This document shows, piece after piece, positions 1-9,284 of a DNA stretch of 32,000 nucleotides (its first letter is position 1; the number at the start of each line of letters is the position of its first letter). The DNA is from Pyrodictium delaneyi. GTDB taxonomy: Archaea; Thermoproteota; Thermoprotei_A; Sulfolobales; Pyrodictiaceae. The stretch covers positions 1,110,001 to 1,142,000 of the forward strand of contig NZ_CP013011.1 in NCBI RefSeq assembly GCF_001412615.1. Direction: 5' to 3'. A program made the position numbers and the translations under genes. The notes under the pieces were generated by a model. It was not told where the DNA came from. It worked only from the letters and a program-made list of their open reading frames with translations, and made no database searches.

Positions 1-291
1 GAGTCGTGCATACTTAGCGATGCTGACAAGCTTGACGCCCTAGGTGCAATAGGGATCTATAGGCTCGTAGAGACCTCAGCTCAGCGTAGTCGTAACATGC
101 ATGATACACTCGGCCACTATCACGAGAAGCTTTCAAAGCTTCCACAGCTCATGTGCACTGAGGAGGCACGTAGAGAGGCAGAAATACTTCTAGAGAGGCT
201 CAAGAGGTTCGTAAACTGGCTCTACGAGGAGACCAGAGAATATGCAGACCTAGTAAATGTGGTGGATAAGGCTTTTCCCCTACACGGGTAA
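1..291 (+). CDS. HD-domain metal-dependent phosphohydrolase, C-terminal fragment (5' end outside the window)
   Basis: Frame 1 is open from nt 1 ('ESCILSDADKLDALGAIGIYRLVE...') to TAA at 289-291. 'SDADKLDALGAIG' is a segment conserved in HD-superfamily hydrolases. Family call is from motif memory only. Confidence 0.55.
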   Translation, partial: ESCILSDADKLDALGAIGIYRLVETSAQRSRNMHDTLGHYHEKLSKLPQLMCTEEARREAEILLERLKRFVNWLYEETREYADLVNVVDKAFPLHG

Positions 292-337
292 CAGGAACAA
301 TGATTAGGAGTCATAGAGTAGGGCCTGGTGGGTAAGA

Positions 338-1624
338 GTGGCTAAACGTCTCATATTAATCATACTAGATGGTGCAGCAGATAGGCCAGTAGACGGTAAG
401 ACTCCACTCTCCGAGGCAGAGACGCCGGGTCTCGACCGGCTAGCTCGGAACGCGGTATGCGGGTTTCACTATCCAGTAGCTCCAGGCATAGCTCCCGAAA
501 GCGACCTTGCAACTATATCGCTGCTTGGTTACATGCCGGAAAAGTACTACACCGGGCGGGGACCTCTCGAAGCACTTGGCATAGGCCTAGCCCTCAAGCA
601 GGGGTACGAGGTAGCATTCCGTGCCAATTTCGCTACAATCGATCCAGCTACCCGGCGGATAATAGACCGTAGGGTTGGCAGGAGCCTAGCAAGCAATGAG
701 GCTAAAGAGCTGGCACGTGCGCTTGACGGGATGCAGCTCAGTAGTGACGGCTATGCTAGGGTTGAAGCGACAATAGGCCACCGAGCAGTAGTGATAATTG
801 GGAGCGAGAGTAGTAGACTAAGCGCAGCTGTATCAAACATTGATCCAGCGTACGTTCGCAAAGGGCTAATCTCGGAGGCTGTAAAGAATCCGGACATGAC
901 TTTGCCAAGGTGTAAACCCCTCGATGATTCCGAAGAGGCACGCAGAACATGTCGGATGGTTGATGAGTTCGTGGAGAAGGCTATAGAGATTCTCGATAAT
1001 CATCCAGTTAACATCGAACGTAGTAAAAAAGGTCTTTTGAAGGCTAACGCTATCCTCCTACGGGATGCTGGAGATAGGCTACCCGAGATGCCGCCTATTT
1101 CTGAGCAGCTAGGGCTATCGCCAGCGGCCGCAGTAGCCGAGATGCCGGTCGAAATAGGCATAGCTAAGGCAGCTGGCATGAAGGCTTACACCGTATCGCC
1201 TCCCTCAGGAGACCTAGCTCGCGATCTCCCTGAGAGGCTCGAGGCGGTGCTAAAGGCTCTTAGCGATGATAGCCGCTTCATATACGTGCATTTGAAGGGG
1301 CCTGACGAGCCTGGGCACGATGGCAGTTTCGAGGGCAAAAAGAGGGCGATAGAACTAATAGATAAGTATTTCATAGTACCGTTACTGGATAAAATAGACC
1401 TGGAAGAGACAGCAATACTAGTAACATCAGATCATGCTACACCATGGAGCCTCAAGAGCCACAGTGGTGATCCGGTGCCCTGGATGCTCAGCTGGGGTAA
1501 GATACCCGATGGGCCCAAAAAGTTTAGCGAAATAGCTTGCAAGGAGTATGGTGGACAAATACTTGAGCATGGCTGGCTGCTGCTCCCCTATGTGATTGAG
1601 TTTATCAAGAAGAGGGCTCAGTAG
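338..1624 (+). CDS. apgM: Archaeal-type cofactor-independent phosphoglycerate mutase (ApgM)
   Basis: 428-aa ORF with a GTG start. N-terminal 'LILIILDGAADRP' and C-terminal 'VTSDHATP' metal-site motifs are typical of the ApgM / alkaline-phosphatase-superfamily mutases. Confidence 0.85.
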   Translation: MAKRLILIILDGAADRPVDGKTPLSEAETPGLDRLARNAVCGFHYPVAPGIAPESDLATISLLGYMPEKYYTGRGPLEALGIGLALKQGYEVAFRANFATIDPATRRIIDRRVGRSLASNEAKELARALDGMQLSSDGYARVEATIGHRAVVIIGSESSRLSAAVSNIDPAYVRKGLISEAVKNPDMTLPRCKPLDDSEEARRTCRMVDEFVEKAIEILDNHPVNIERSKKGLLKANAILLRDAGDRLPEMPPISEQLGLSPAAAVAEMPVEIGIAKAAGMKAYTVSPPSGDLARDLPERLEAVLKALSDDSRFIYVHLKGPDEPGHDGSFEGKKRAIELIDKYFIVPLLDKIDLEETAILVTSDHATPWSLKSHSGDPVPWMLSWGKIPDGPKKFSEIACKEYGGQILEHGWLLLPYVIEFIKKRAQ

Positions 1625-1884
1625 CGCCCGAAGCGTCATCACCCTCACACACTAGAGGGCTATGCAGAACGCAGTAACCCCTTCTTTCAGCTCCGGTCCA
1701 CTTCAGCACGGCCCAAGAAGTTTAGAAGCCGTGCTAGAGGTAATAACTATCATTCTACGAACGCAGATCATGCAGAGGCCTAACATAATAGCCATATCAT
1801 GGCTTGTTTAATAGCTGGGCGATGAAGACCCCGAAGATAGGGGAGGAGCTTTGCCGATGGCCGGGGCCTTCCTAGCAGAGCCCC

Positions 1885-2634
1885 CTAGGCTACGCTAAAC
1901 TCAACTGTGCCAAGTCTAGCCATTTCCTGTAAACATGCTAGATAGTCTTCGTCGCTTGAAGCTCTCTTGATACATCTCGAAATCTCCTTCAACCTCCAGT
2001 AATCCTCCTCGCTAAATGGCCTCCGAAGCCTAGTCACCGACATACAGCTCCTTGAAACAATAAACTCCGCGATGCCACCCTGCGCTAGGAACTCAGCGGT
2101 AGATGTCGTGTCACGTGCAGAAGGATAACACGAGAGACCTGGGTGGGTGTGTGCAAAGACTACGGCAGGTATAAGTGGTAGATTCACTTCATATTCTTTT
2201 CCCGTACCATATGCTATTTCAGCGTTCCACCCGATAGCTAGGAAGTGTTCAACATTAGTTGTCGAGAGTTTGTGTAACGGTCTATAGAAGCTGTCGCGGA
2301 ACACGCTGGTAAGGCGCCGCGTTATCTCGTCGAAGTAGAAGCTCTCTGCATCAATGTCTTCGCTACACTCAACAGTATAGTCTATAAGTGGTGCACCAAG
2401 CATTCTCGGCAGGGTAGAGACAAGGACGTCGAGAGTTTCGTCTATACATCTATCCGCGTAGACTATGATGTGAGGCTCATTATTACTGCAGAGCGGCTTG
2501 ATGCGGGCTGAAAGCCCAGTATCTTCTTCGTAGTATGCTAGGATGTGGAAGGACAAGCCAAGACATGTGATAATCCGTGCTGTTTTCTTGGCTTCAATAG
2601 AGTCTAATAGTTTGACAGGGCCTCGGGCCGGCAT
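1885..2634 (-). CDS. JAMM/MPN(+) domain metalloprotease-like protein with an unrecognised N-terminal extension
   Basis: 249-aa ORF. It has an exact JAMM motif HxH-x7-S-x2-D in 'FAHTHPGLSCYPSARD', with a candidate upstream Glu ('NVEHFLAIGW'). The first ~120 aa match nothing I recognise. Confidence 0.7.
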   Translation of the reverse strand: MPARGPVKLLDSIEAKKTARIITCLGLSFHILAYYEEDTGLSARIKPLCSNNEPHIIVYADRCIDETLDVLVSTLPRMLGAPLIDYTVECSEDIDAESFYFDEITRRLTSVFRDSFYRPLHKLSTTNVEHFLAIGWNAEIAYGTGKEYEVNLPLIPAVVFAHTHPGLSCYPSARDTTSTAEFLAQGGIAEFIVSRSCMSVTRLRRPFSEEDYWRLKEISRCIKRASSDEDYLACLQEMARLGTVEFSVA

Positions 2635-2743
2635 CCCCTAGTCCTCATAATTCTCGGCTCCCTAGAGCCCGGAGCCTTCCTCACGGGCCAGTATCGAAGA
2701 AGGTGACTTCTTAGGGATGTTTAAAAACTACTTTCTAGCTGGG

Positions 2744-4135
2744 CTAGAGGTTGAAGTACATGTATACTTCCATTGGGTTGGGGTACTGGCGGAGTTCACC
2801 TGCTTCTGCGCGCTTGACCTCGATGTATGCTTCTATTATCTCCTTGGTGAATATTGGCTTTAGGAACTCGTTGTCGCTCTCTAGCTCGTCGAGGGCTTCA
2901 TCGAGGCTTCGTGGTAGCTGCTTTATGCCTAGTCTCCTCCTCTCCTCCTCCGTCATCTCGTATACATTGCGGTCTATCGGGTCGCCGGGGTCTATCTTCT
3001 TCTTTATACCATCGAGGCCTGCAGCGAGTATTGCTGCGAAGGCCAGGTAGGGGTTAGCTGATGGGTCTGGGCTGCGGAACTCTATACGCCTCGCCTTCTC
3101 TACGCCCTTCTCATAGAATGGTATACGTATTGCGGCGCTACGGTTTGCCTTAGCCCAGACTAGGTATACCGGAGCTTCGTAGCCGGGGACTAGACGCCTG
3201 TAGCTGTTGACGGTTGGTGCTACTAGGGCGGCTAGTGCCCTACCGTGCTCTATTAGACCGCCTATGAAGTACCTAGCTGTCTGGCTCAGCTCGGCGTATT
3301 CGTCACTCGGGTCGAAGAATAAGTTCCTATTGGCGTTCTTGTCCCATAGGCTCACGTGGACGTGCATACCGTTACCGTTGTCGCCGGCAACGAGCTTAGG
3401 CATGAATGTGACAGCTAGCCCGTACTTGGCTGCTATGTTTCGCGCTACATACTTCAAGGTTATAACACGGTCGGCGGTGGTCTTGAGGTCGCCGAATCTG
3501 AAGTCTATCTCAACCTGGCCGAGCGCAGCTACCTCGTGGTGGTGGGCTTCAACCTGGAAGCCGAAGTAGTCTTCGAGTACAGTGGCTATCTCGTAACGTA
3601 TATCGGCAGCCTTGTCTATAGGGGTGGGTGTATGGTATGCCTTCTTTATCCTCTGGAACCCTATGTCCTCATCGAAGTCAATGTACTCGCGGGAGGATAC
3701 ACGGTAACCTAGCCCTTTTGTAGGCGTTTCGATGTCGAGGAACAGCTCATCTACAATCATGAACTCTACTTCGGGACCGAAGTAGGCAGCAAGGCCTTGA
3801 GAATCTAGGTATTCGAGTGCACGGTCGGCTATGTAGCGGGGATCCTTAGGGAACCTTCCGCTGACGGAGAACACGTCAGCTATCATGCGTGCGGTGTCCT
3901 TCCTCCACGGGAGTACTGCAAATGTGTTAGGGTCGGGGCGGAGCCTATAGTCGCTCTCATGGATACCTGCGAATCCCTCGACACTGCTGCCGTCCAGTAG
4001 GCTTAGCCCTTGTTCAAAGGCTTTTTCGCCAACCTCTTTTGCTGGTACAGAGACGCTGCGTAGATAGCCAGCTACATCCACAAAGTGGAATTCTACCCAC
4101 CTAACCTTCTCGAGCAGCTTAACTATCTCCTGCAT
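2744..4135 (-). CDS. glnA: Glutamine synthetase, type I
   Basis: 463-aa ORF with GS-I hallmarks: 'FGPEVEFMIVD', 'NGNGMHVHVSLW', 'NSYRRLVPGYEAP', 'RIEFRSPDPSANPY'. Confidence 0.95.
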   Translation of the reverse strand: MQEIVKLLEKVRWVEFHFVDVAGYLRSVSVPAKEVGEKAFEQGLSLLDGSSVEGFAGIHESDYRLRPDPNTFAVLPWRKDTARMIADVFSVSGRFPKDPRYIADRALEYLDSQGLAAYFGPEVEFMIVDELFLDIETPTKGLGYRVSSREYIDFDEDIGFQRIKKAYHTPTPIDKAADIRYEIATVLEDYFGFQVEAHHHEVAALGQVEIDFRFGDLKTTADRVITLKYVARNIAAKYGLAVTFMPKLVAGDNGNGMHVHVSLWDKNANRNLFFDPSDEYAELSQTARYFIGGLIEHGRALAALVAPTVNSYRRLVPGYEAPVYLVWAKANRSAAIRIPFYEKGVEKARRIEFRSPDPSANPYLAFAAILAAGLDGIKKKIDPGDPIDRNVYEMTEEERRRLGIKQLPRSLDEALDELESDNEFLKPIFTKEIIEAYIEVKRAEAGELRQYPNPMEVYMYFNL

Positions 4136-4320
4136 AACTGTTCGCCCGCGTCTCCGCAGCTACCGAACACATAACTAAGTATTGCTATCTTAGCTCCCGT
4201 ACACTTATACTATGAATTAGGGGTTCTGTAGTGATAGAAAAGGGACGCCATCCTCGTAGAACTAGGGCTAGGGAAAACAAAGGGACAAGTTAGACAAAAA
4301 CTCTGCCTATTCAATACTAT

Positions 4321-5301
4321 TTGGACGGGTGTAGACTAGTGGCATGCAGCGTCAATATATACATAGATGCAGAGGCTAGTCAGGCAAGAGTAACCTATGA
4401 AACAACTTGCGAAGCAGTATATACATGTAGCAGTGGCGTAGAAGTTGTAGATGGTAATGTAGAGCTACATAAAGTTGGCAGCTGTATGGTAGCAAGAAGT
4501 AAGGGCGGCAGACTGGTGTTAAGCCTAAAGTATAATGGTAACCTGCGGGACCTGCTAAACTCTACACCAGTACACGCATCGTTGCCACAACCTTATCCAC
4601 CCTATACAGTAGTTGATGCAAGCATAATAATCGATTCGAAGCCGGGACTAGACGTCTACGGACTGCCACTCCGGAGAACAGGAGTCATCACTCTTACACA
4701 GCGCATATTGCTCGAGGGCCGCTCGATACTCCAGATAGCTCTGCCCGATGATATCATTGATGAGGTGACAGCTGTAGTGAGACAGCTGGACCCCATAGAG
4801 ACGTCTTACCCCTTACTATCGGGTATAGAAAGCGTGGATGAAGTAAAATATTGTGAAGCGAACAAGGGGTATGGATTAACAGCATGGGGTGAATGTATAA
4901 ACAGGCTAGGAGGCATAGAGGCTGGTAAGCGCTTAACAACACTTAGAAGCCTTCTCTCAAAGGGCATCGCGTTTGAAGCCTTTGCGTCGCGACTCTATGC
5001 AGGCACGGCGGTCAACTCTGCTATGGAGCCACTTTCTCTGGCGTCAATGCTACTAGAGAAAGGACAGCTAGCACCCATCATAGTAGATAAGCGTGACGGA
5101 GTACTAGAACTTGAGGGTTTAAGCGGCACAGTGGTATGGCTCAGACGCCATGAGGCGGCTGGGGTAGAGAGGATAGTAGGGGTTAGGATCGAGGACGAGT
5201 CGTTAATCCTCGACGAGGAATATGAAGAGATAGCTGTGGTGTGTAGAAGTTGCTGGGAGCCTATATCGAGATTCGAGAAATCTAGGCTAATGCGCGGCTA
5301 A
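4321..5301 (+). CDS. Hypothetical protein (ORFan-like, lower GC than its neighbours)
   Basis: 326-aa longest ORF with a TTG start; the first ATG is at 4486. No motif recognised. It is convergent with rad50 and overlaps its 3' end by 15 nt. Amino-acid composition is sensible, not an obvious shadow ORF. Confidence 0.45.
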   Translation: MDGCRLVACSVNIYIDAEASQARVTYETTCEAVYTCSSGVEVVDGNVELHKVGSCMVARSKGGRLVLSLKYNGNLRDLLNSTPVHASLPQPYPPYTVVDASIIIDSKPGLDVYGLPLRRTGVITLTQRILLEGRSILQIALPDDIIDEVTAVVRQLDPIETSYPLLSGIESVDEVKYCEANKGYGLTAWGECINRLGGIEAGKRLTTLRSLLSKGIAFEAFASRLYAGTAVNSAMEPLSLASMLLEKGQLAPIIVDKRDGVLELEGLSGTVVWLRRHEAAGVERIVGVRIEDESLILDEEYEEIAVVCRSCWEPISRFEKSRLMRG

Positions 5302-8037
5302 TCCGTATTCGGCTCGGATGCTGGTGGTCTCGTCGCCTGGAGAACGTATTCTCACAATGCTAGCACCGTCAACCTTCGTAACCTCTATTACTTTGTCGGC
5401 AGCATCTTCTATCTCCCTGTCGTGGGTCACAACTATCAGTTGTAACAGACCGCTAGCCTCCAATCCATACTTGATAATCTCTACTAGTTCGCGTCGCTTC
5501 TCCTCGTCAAGATGTATGGTAGGCTCATCCATTATCATGGACTCTATGCGCTCTCCGACGACTCGGGCAAGCGCAAGCCTATAAGCTATGGCAAGTGCTA
5601 TGCGCTCACCGCCGCTGAGCATAGACACAGTCTTCTCGCCCTCACGCGTCACTAGTACAACGCTATAATCATCTTCAAGCCTTACATCAAGGAAGTCAAT
5701 ATTGAACTTCATCAGTGTATCCCGTAGATGGTACTCGAGAATATTGCGCACAGCCTGCCTAATTATCCGTGGTACACCGTCAGGGCCTAGTGCACGACGT
5801 ATCTTCTCCAGGGCTTGAAGCGCCTCCTGGTACCGTTTGAGTTCCTCTCGTAGCTGTGATACCCGGCTCCGTAGAAGCTCAGTCTTCGCTGCCATGGCTT
5901 CAAGTTTCTCCCTCATACCCTCTAGCCGCGCGACTCTATCCCGGAGCTCTCTAAGCTCTTGTTCACGCTCTCTAAGTTCGACCTCTGTCTGCTCTAGAGC
6001 AGTATCTACATCGCCCATCTCCTCTAGCTCGGAGTCTATACTCTCCAGCTCGCTCCGGACCCTATCAATCTCAGCCTCTAGCTCGCGTAACTTTGCCTCA
6101 GCCCGGGGGAGTCTAGCAGCCTCGCTCTTCACGCCGGCAATGTATTCTCTGTAGTAGCTTATCCGCTTAGAGGCCTCCTCGAGCTCTTCAATGCTAAGCT
6201 TAATACTATCAAGTATCTCCTTGAGTTTTTGCTCGCGCTTGCTAATCTCGGCCTTGAGTCTAGTGGTCTCCGATTCGAGAGACTTGTATTCATCCATCCG
6301 TGCCCGGAGTTTTTGGTACTTACTTACCCATGCTTCCAGCTCGCGTAGTCTCTGTTTTGCCTCCTCGTACTCCTTATACTTCGCGAAAAGCTCGAGATAC
6401 TGTTGCTGGAGCCTCTGCTTCTGTTGTTCAGCGTCCTCGGCCTCTCGAAGCATTAACTCTATTCTCTTAGCGGCTCCCTGGGCATCCCTTGCGAGCCGCT
6501 CTATTAGCCGTTTTCGCGACTCTAGATCCCTAAGCTCGTTACGCAGCAGGGTTTCCTGACTCTCTAGCCTCCTTAGCTCAGCTTCTAGCCGCTTCTTCTG
6601 GGCACGTATCTTAGAGATAAGCTCCACACGATGCTCATCACTTAGCGGTCTACCGCATAGAGGGCATCTCCCCTGAGCCTCTGTAAGCTTCATAAGCTTG
6701 TCTTCAAGGTCACGTATCTCTGATCGCTTAGCCTCAACTTGTCCATGTACGTTCTCGAGCTTCGCCCTGGTAGTATCTATGGTCCTCTCTAGGCTAGCGA
6801 GCATTGATTCAAGCTTCTCGATAATCTTGTGTGGTTCACGGGGGAAGTCCAGAGGTATACTTGTCCTAAGCCTCTCGAGTAGTCTACTAGTCTCAGCCTC
6901 GGCCTTCGCTCTAAGAAGCTTTGCTCGAGCCTCTAGTTGTTCTAGCTGAGACTTAACTTGGTGATACTGCCTGCTGTCTTGCTCTAGCTCATCGAGAAGT
7001 GATCTGAGCCTCTCATACTCATTTGCCTTGCGTTCAGCCTCTGGAAAGTCTCGCAGCTCCTCCTTAATTCTCTCCATTCTTGATGCAAAGGACTCCAGGT
7101 GTTGCTTCTCCCGTCTAATCTCGTTTACGAGGTTTACAGCTTCCTCTATGAGTTGTAGATCCTTCTCGAGTCTCTCAAGTTCCTTCAGCTCCTCCTTCGC
7201 GTTAAGTGCTATTTCATATTCTCTCCTGGCCTCCTCATATTCGCGTTCTAACCTATTGAGCTCCCTTGCTAGCTCTTCCCTTTTTGCTCTTAGAAAGTCG
7301 AAACGCTGTTTTAGTCTCCGTAGCTCAATGGCCTGCTCTTGTAGACGGCTATACTCGTTCTCGGCCTTCTCGAGAGCAGGCCTCAGTTTCTCCAGCTCCT
7401 TAACTATCCTCTCGTACTCACGGGCACTTTCTTCAGCTTCACGAAGGCGTGCTTCCTCAGTGCGGTATAGTTCCTCCTTGTTCTCCTTGTCTCTACGCAG
7501 CATCCTAATTATAACCGCCAGGCGCTCATAGGCTTTCTCTATGGCTCGTAGTCGTAGGATAGTATTCATGACGTCTATGCGTCTATCCCGGTCTACGAGT
7601 ATTTCGTCTATCTCGCCCTGCCTTGTCACAAGCAGTAAGTCAGCTAGGAGCGGGTCTATCCCGATAATTCTCTTAAGCTCAGCTTTTACACTCTCGACGC
7701 CACGCGCCATGAGCTTGGCTGTTCCCCCGTCTATGAGGTATAGGAGGGCTTGGGTTGCTCCATTGCGCTGGATGGTCTTCTGTAGGCGATACTTGTGCCC
7801 GTTTGCTGTGAACTCTACACTGATACGTGCAATAGACGAGCCTAGCCGTATAAGCGCGTCCTTACGGCTACGAGTGCCGCGGCTGTGGGAGCCGAATAAT
7901 GCATAAGTTATAGCATCTATGATGCTTGTCTTGCCGGCCCCATTGGGGCCAACTATAGCTATTATTCCGCGGCCAAAGTCTATCCTTGTCCTCCTATGGC
8001 TCAACACGTTCTCCAATTCCACGCGCTCTATTATCAC
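5287..8037 (-). CDS. rad50: DNA double-strand break repair ATPase Rad50
   Basis: 916 aa with Walker A 'VGPNGAGKTSIID' and a very long E/K/R/L coiled coil. The central zinc hook 'GRCPLCGRPL' has its Cys codons at ~6655-6666. Signature 'MLSGGERIAL' and Walker B 'SMIMDEPTIHLD' are present. The GTG start lies 3 nt after the mre11 stop. Confidence 0.95.
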   Translation of the reverse strand: MIIERVELENVLSHRRTRIDFGRGIIAIVGPNGAGKTSIIDAITYALFGSHSRGTRSRKDALIRLGSSIARISVEFTANGHKYRLQKTIQRNGATQALLYLIDGGTAKLMARGVESVKAELKRIIGIDPLLADLLLVTRQGEIDEILVDRDRRIDVMNTILRLRAIEKAYERLAVIIRMLRRDKENKEELYRTEEARLREAEESAREYERIVKELEKLRPALEKAENEYSRLQEQAIELRRLKQRFDFLRAKREELARELNRLEREYEEARREYEIALNAKEELKELERLEKDLQLIEEAVNLVNEIRREKQHLESFASRMERIKEELRDFPEAERKANEYERLRSLLDELEQDSRQYHQVKSQLEQLEARAKLLRAKAEAETSRLLERLRTSIPLDFPREPHKIIEKLESMLASLERTIDTTRAKLENVHGQVEAKRSEIRDLEDKLMKLTEAQGRCPLCGRPLSDEHRVELISKIRAQKKRLEAELRRLESQETLLRNELRDLESRKRLIERLARDAQGAAKRIELMLREAEDAEQQKQRLQQQYLELFAKYKEYEEAKQRLRELEAWVSKYQKLRARMDEYKSLESETTRLKAEISKREQKLKEILDSIKLSIEELEEASKRISYYREYIAGVKSEAARLPRAEAKLRELEAEIDRVRSELESIDSELEEMGDVDTALEQTEVELREREQELRELRDRVARLEGMREKLEAMAAKTELLRSRVSQLREELKRYQEALQALEKIRRALGPDGVPRIIRQAVRNILEYHLRDTLMKFNIDFLDVRLEDDYSVVLVTREGEKTVSMLSGGERIALAIAYRLALARVVGERIESMIMDEPTIHLDEEKRRELVEIIKYGLEASGLLQLIVVTHDREIEDAADKVIEVTKVDGASIVRIRSPGDETTSIRAEYGLAAH

Positions 8038-8040
8038 TGG

Positions 8041-9243
8041 CTATCGCCTCCCTCTTAGCCCGAATACTTCCTCGACTAGTCGTGTCGCCTCTTGTACAGC
8101 ATGGCTCTGGGGATCGGAGCCCAGGACGTCGATTAGCCTCATTGCTAGGTGTGTCAGCTCCTCGTCCCTCAGTACGTCCCTCAACAGCTCTTCGAGCTTT
8201 ATGGACGAGGAGGCCTTCTGGATAGAGGGTGGTAGCTTTGTCTCAATAGTGTCTATCCTTAGACGGTATGAGAGAACATATCGTGACACAATGTTCTCGA
8301 CAAGCTTGTAGACAGAAGTCTTAATCCCTCTAGGTACGTTCGTCACTGTGAGGTGGAGGAGAGGCTTCCTATCCTCGGGGTACCGGGCTAGCCGGTCCCG
8401 GAGCTGGGTGAGACTCGAGCGCAGCGACTCTAGGCTGTTAAACACTAGCTCCTCGACTATCTGTGGTCTAGCACTCTGTAGTGCTATGCGGTCGAGCGAA
8501 ATAGTCCTACCAGTCTCTATCTCGGCGACTATGACGTATCTCTGTGGCTGGGCAGCCGCCTCATCTACACGTAGAGCTTCTATAGACCCTGGATAAGCGG
8601 CAACAGAATCTCCTAGGGCGAATCTACGGTAAAGGTGTATGTGGCCCATAGCGTAGTACGAGTAGCCCTTAGGTAGATCACCTAGTTCAAGCTCGTAATC
8701 CGGTGCAACCTCGTGGAGCGTCTGATGTAGAACCAGTACCGATGGTCGGTCAGGGTCTACGGGAAGTCTCGAAAGATGTTCACGGACGCGTTGTCGTGCT
8801 CCTATACCCTTCTCGTTACGCAATCCGGCTACTAGGAGCTTGAGCCCACTACGCACGCGGAGCTGCCGGTACTCGGGGCCCTTGAGTCCAAGCACTGTCA
8901 CGGATTCTACTACATCCTCTAATATGAGGAGTGGTGGAAGCATACGTCTCCGGGGTAGGTCGTGATCGCCTGGGACAACTATGAATGGGATGTCCACTTC
9001 GCTTAGCTTGCGAAGAGATCTTATCGCATAATGTATGGCCTGTGGCGGGGGCCGTGTTGAGTCGAAGAAGTCGCCGGAGTGAATTACGGCGTCAACCTTC
9101 TCTCTCAGCGCTGTCTCTATTACTTCGTCGAACACCTTGTAGATGTCCATCTCCCTGTCTATTAGCCCGTACTGTCTGTACCCTAGGTGGGTGTCTGATG
9201 TGTGAAGTATCTGGATAGATTCTCTCGTCATGTCTTTGTGCAC
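8041..9243 (-). CDS. mre11: DNA double-strand break repair nuclease Mre11
   Basis: 400 aa with phosphoesterase motifs 'ILHTSDTHLG', 'VIHSGDFFD', 'VVPGDHD' and 'YAMGHIHLY'. An alternative ATG start is at 9231. Confidence 0.9.
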   Translation of the reverse strand: MHKDMTRESIQILHTSDTHLGYRQYGLIDREMDIYKVFDEVIETALREKVDAVIHSGDFFDSTRPPPQAIHYAIRSLRKLSEVDIPFIVVPGDHDLPRRRMLPPLLILEDVVESVTVLGLKGPEYRQLRVRSGLKLLVAGLRNEKGIGARQRVREHLSRLPVDPDRPSVLVLHQTLHEVAPDYELELGDLPKGYSYYAMGHIHLYRRFALGDSVAAYPGSIEALRVDEAAAQPQRYVIVAEIETGRTISLDRIALQSARPQIVEELVFNSLESLRSSLTQLRDRLARYPEDRKPLLHLTVTNVPRGIKTSVYKLVENIVSRYVLSYRLRIDTIETKLPPSIQKASSSIKLEELLRDVLRDEELTHLAMRLIDVLGSDPQSHAVQEATRLVEEVFGLRGRR

Positions 9244-9284
9244 CTAGCAGGCCCCAGTTTATCCTTCCTCGCTATAGGGTGTTA

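Noticed and set aside
457-1648. Alternative-frame and antisense ORFs within apgM (457-672 +, 756-950 -, 1186-1374 -, 1427-1648 -).
   Set aside because: They are embedded in the ApgM coding region, which carries clear family motifs.
1625-1884. A 260-nt convergent spacer with two possible RNA signals. One is an 8-bp hairpin, AGCACGGC (1705-1712) / GCCGTGCT (1728-1735). The other is a C-box-like 'GCGATGAAGA' followed by a 12-nt spacer near 1820-1880.
   Set aside because: No credible D/D' (CUGA) or C' boxes lie at the right spacing. A single 8-bp hairpin with a 15-nt loop is not enough to call an RNA gene.
4321-5301. The idea that the 326-aa ORF is a divergent NurA nuclease.
   Set aside because: Only vague look-alikes of the acidic NurA motifs are present. 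Their spacing (~30 aa apart instead of ~70) and the strand orientation do not fit. It is kept as hypothetical.
5318-7906. A series of 83-167-aa plus-strand ORFs opposite rad50 (for example 7028-7531 and 6191-6559).
   Set aside because: They are extremely Ser/Leu/Arg-rich low-complexity translations. They are the antisense image of the GAG/AAG/CTC-rich coiled-coil codons of rad50, so they are shadow ORFs.
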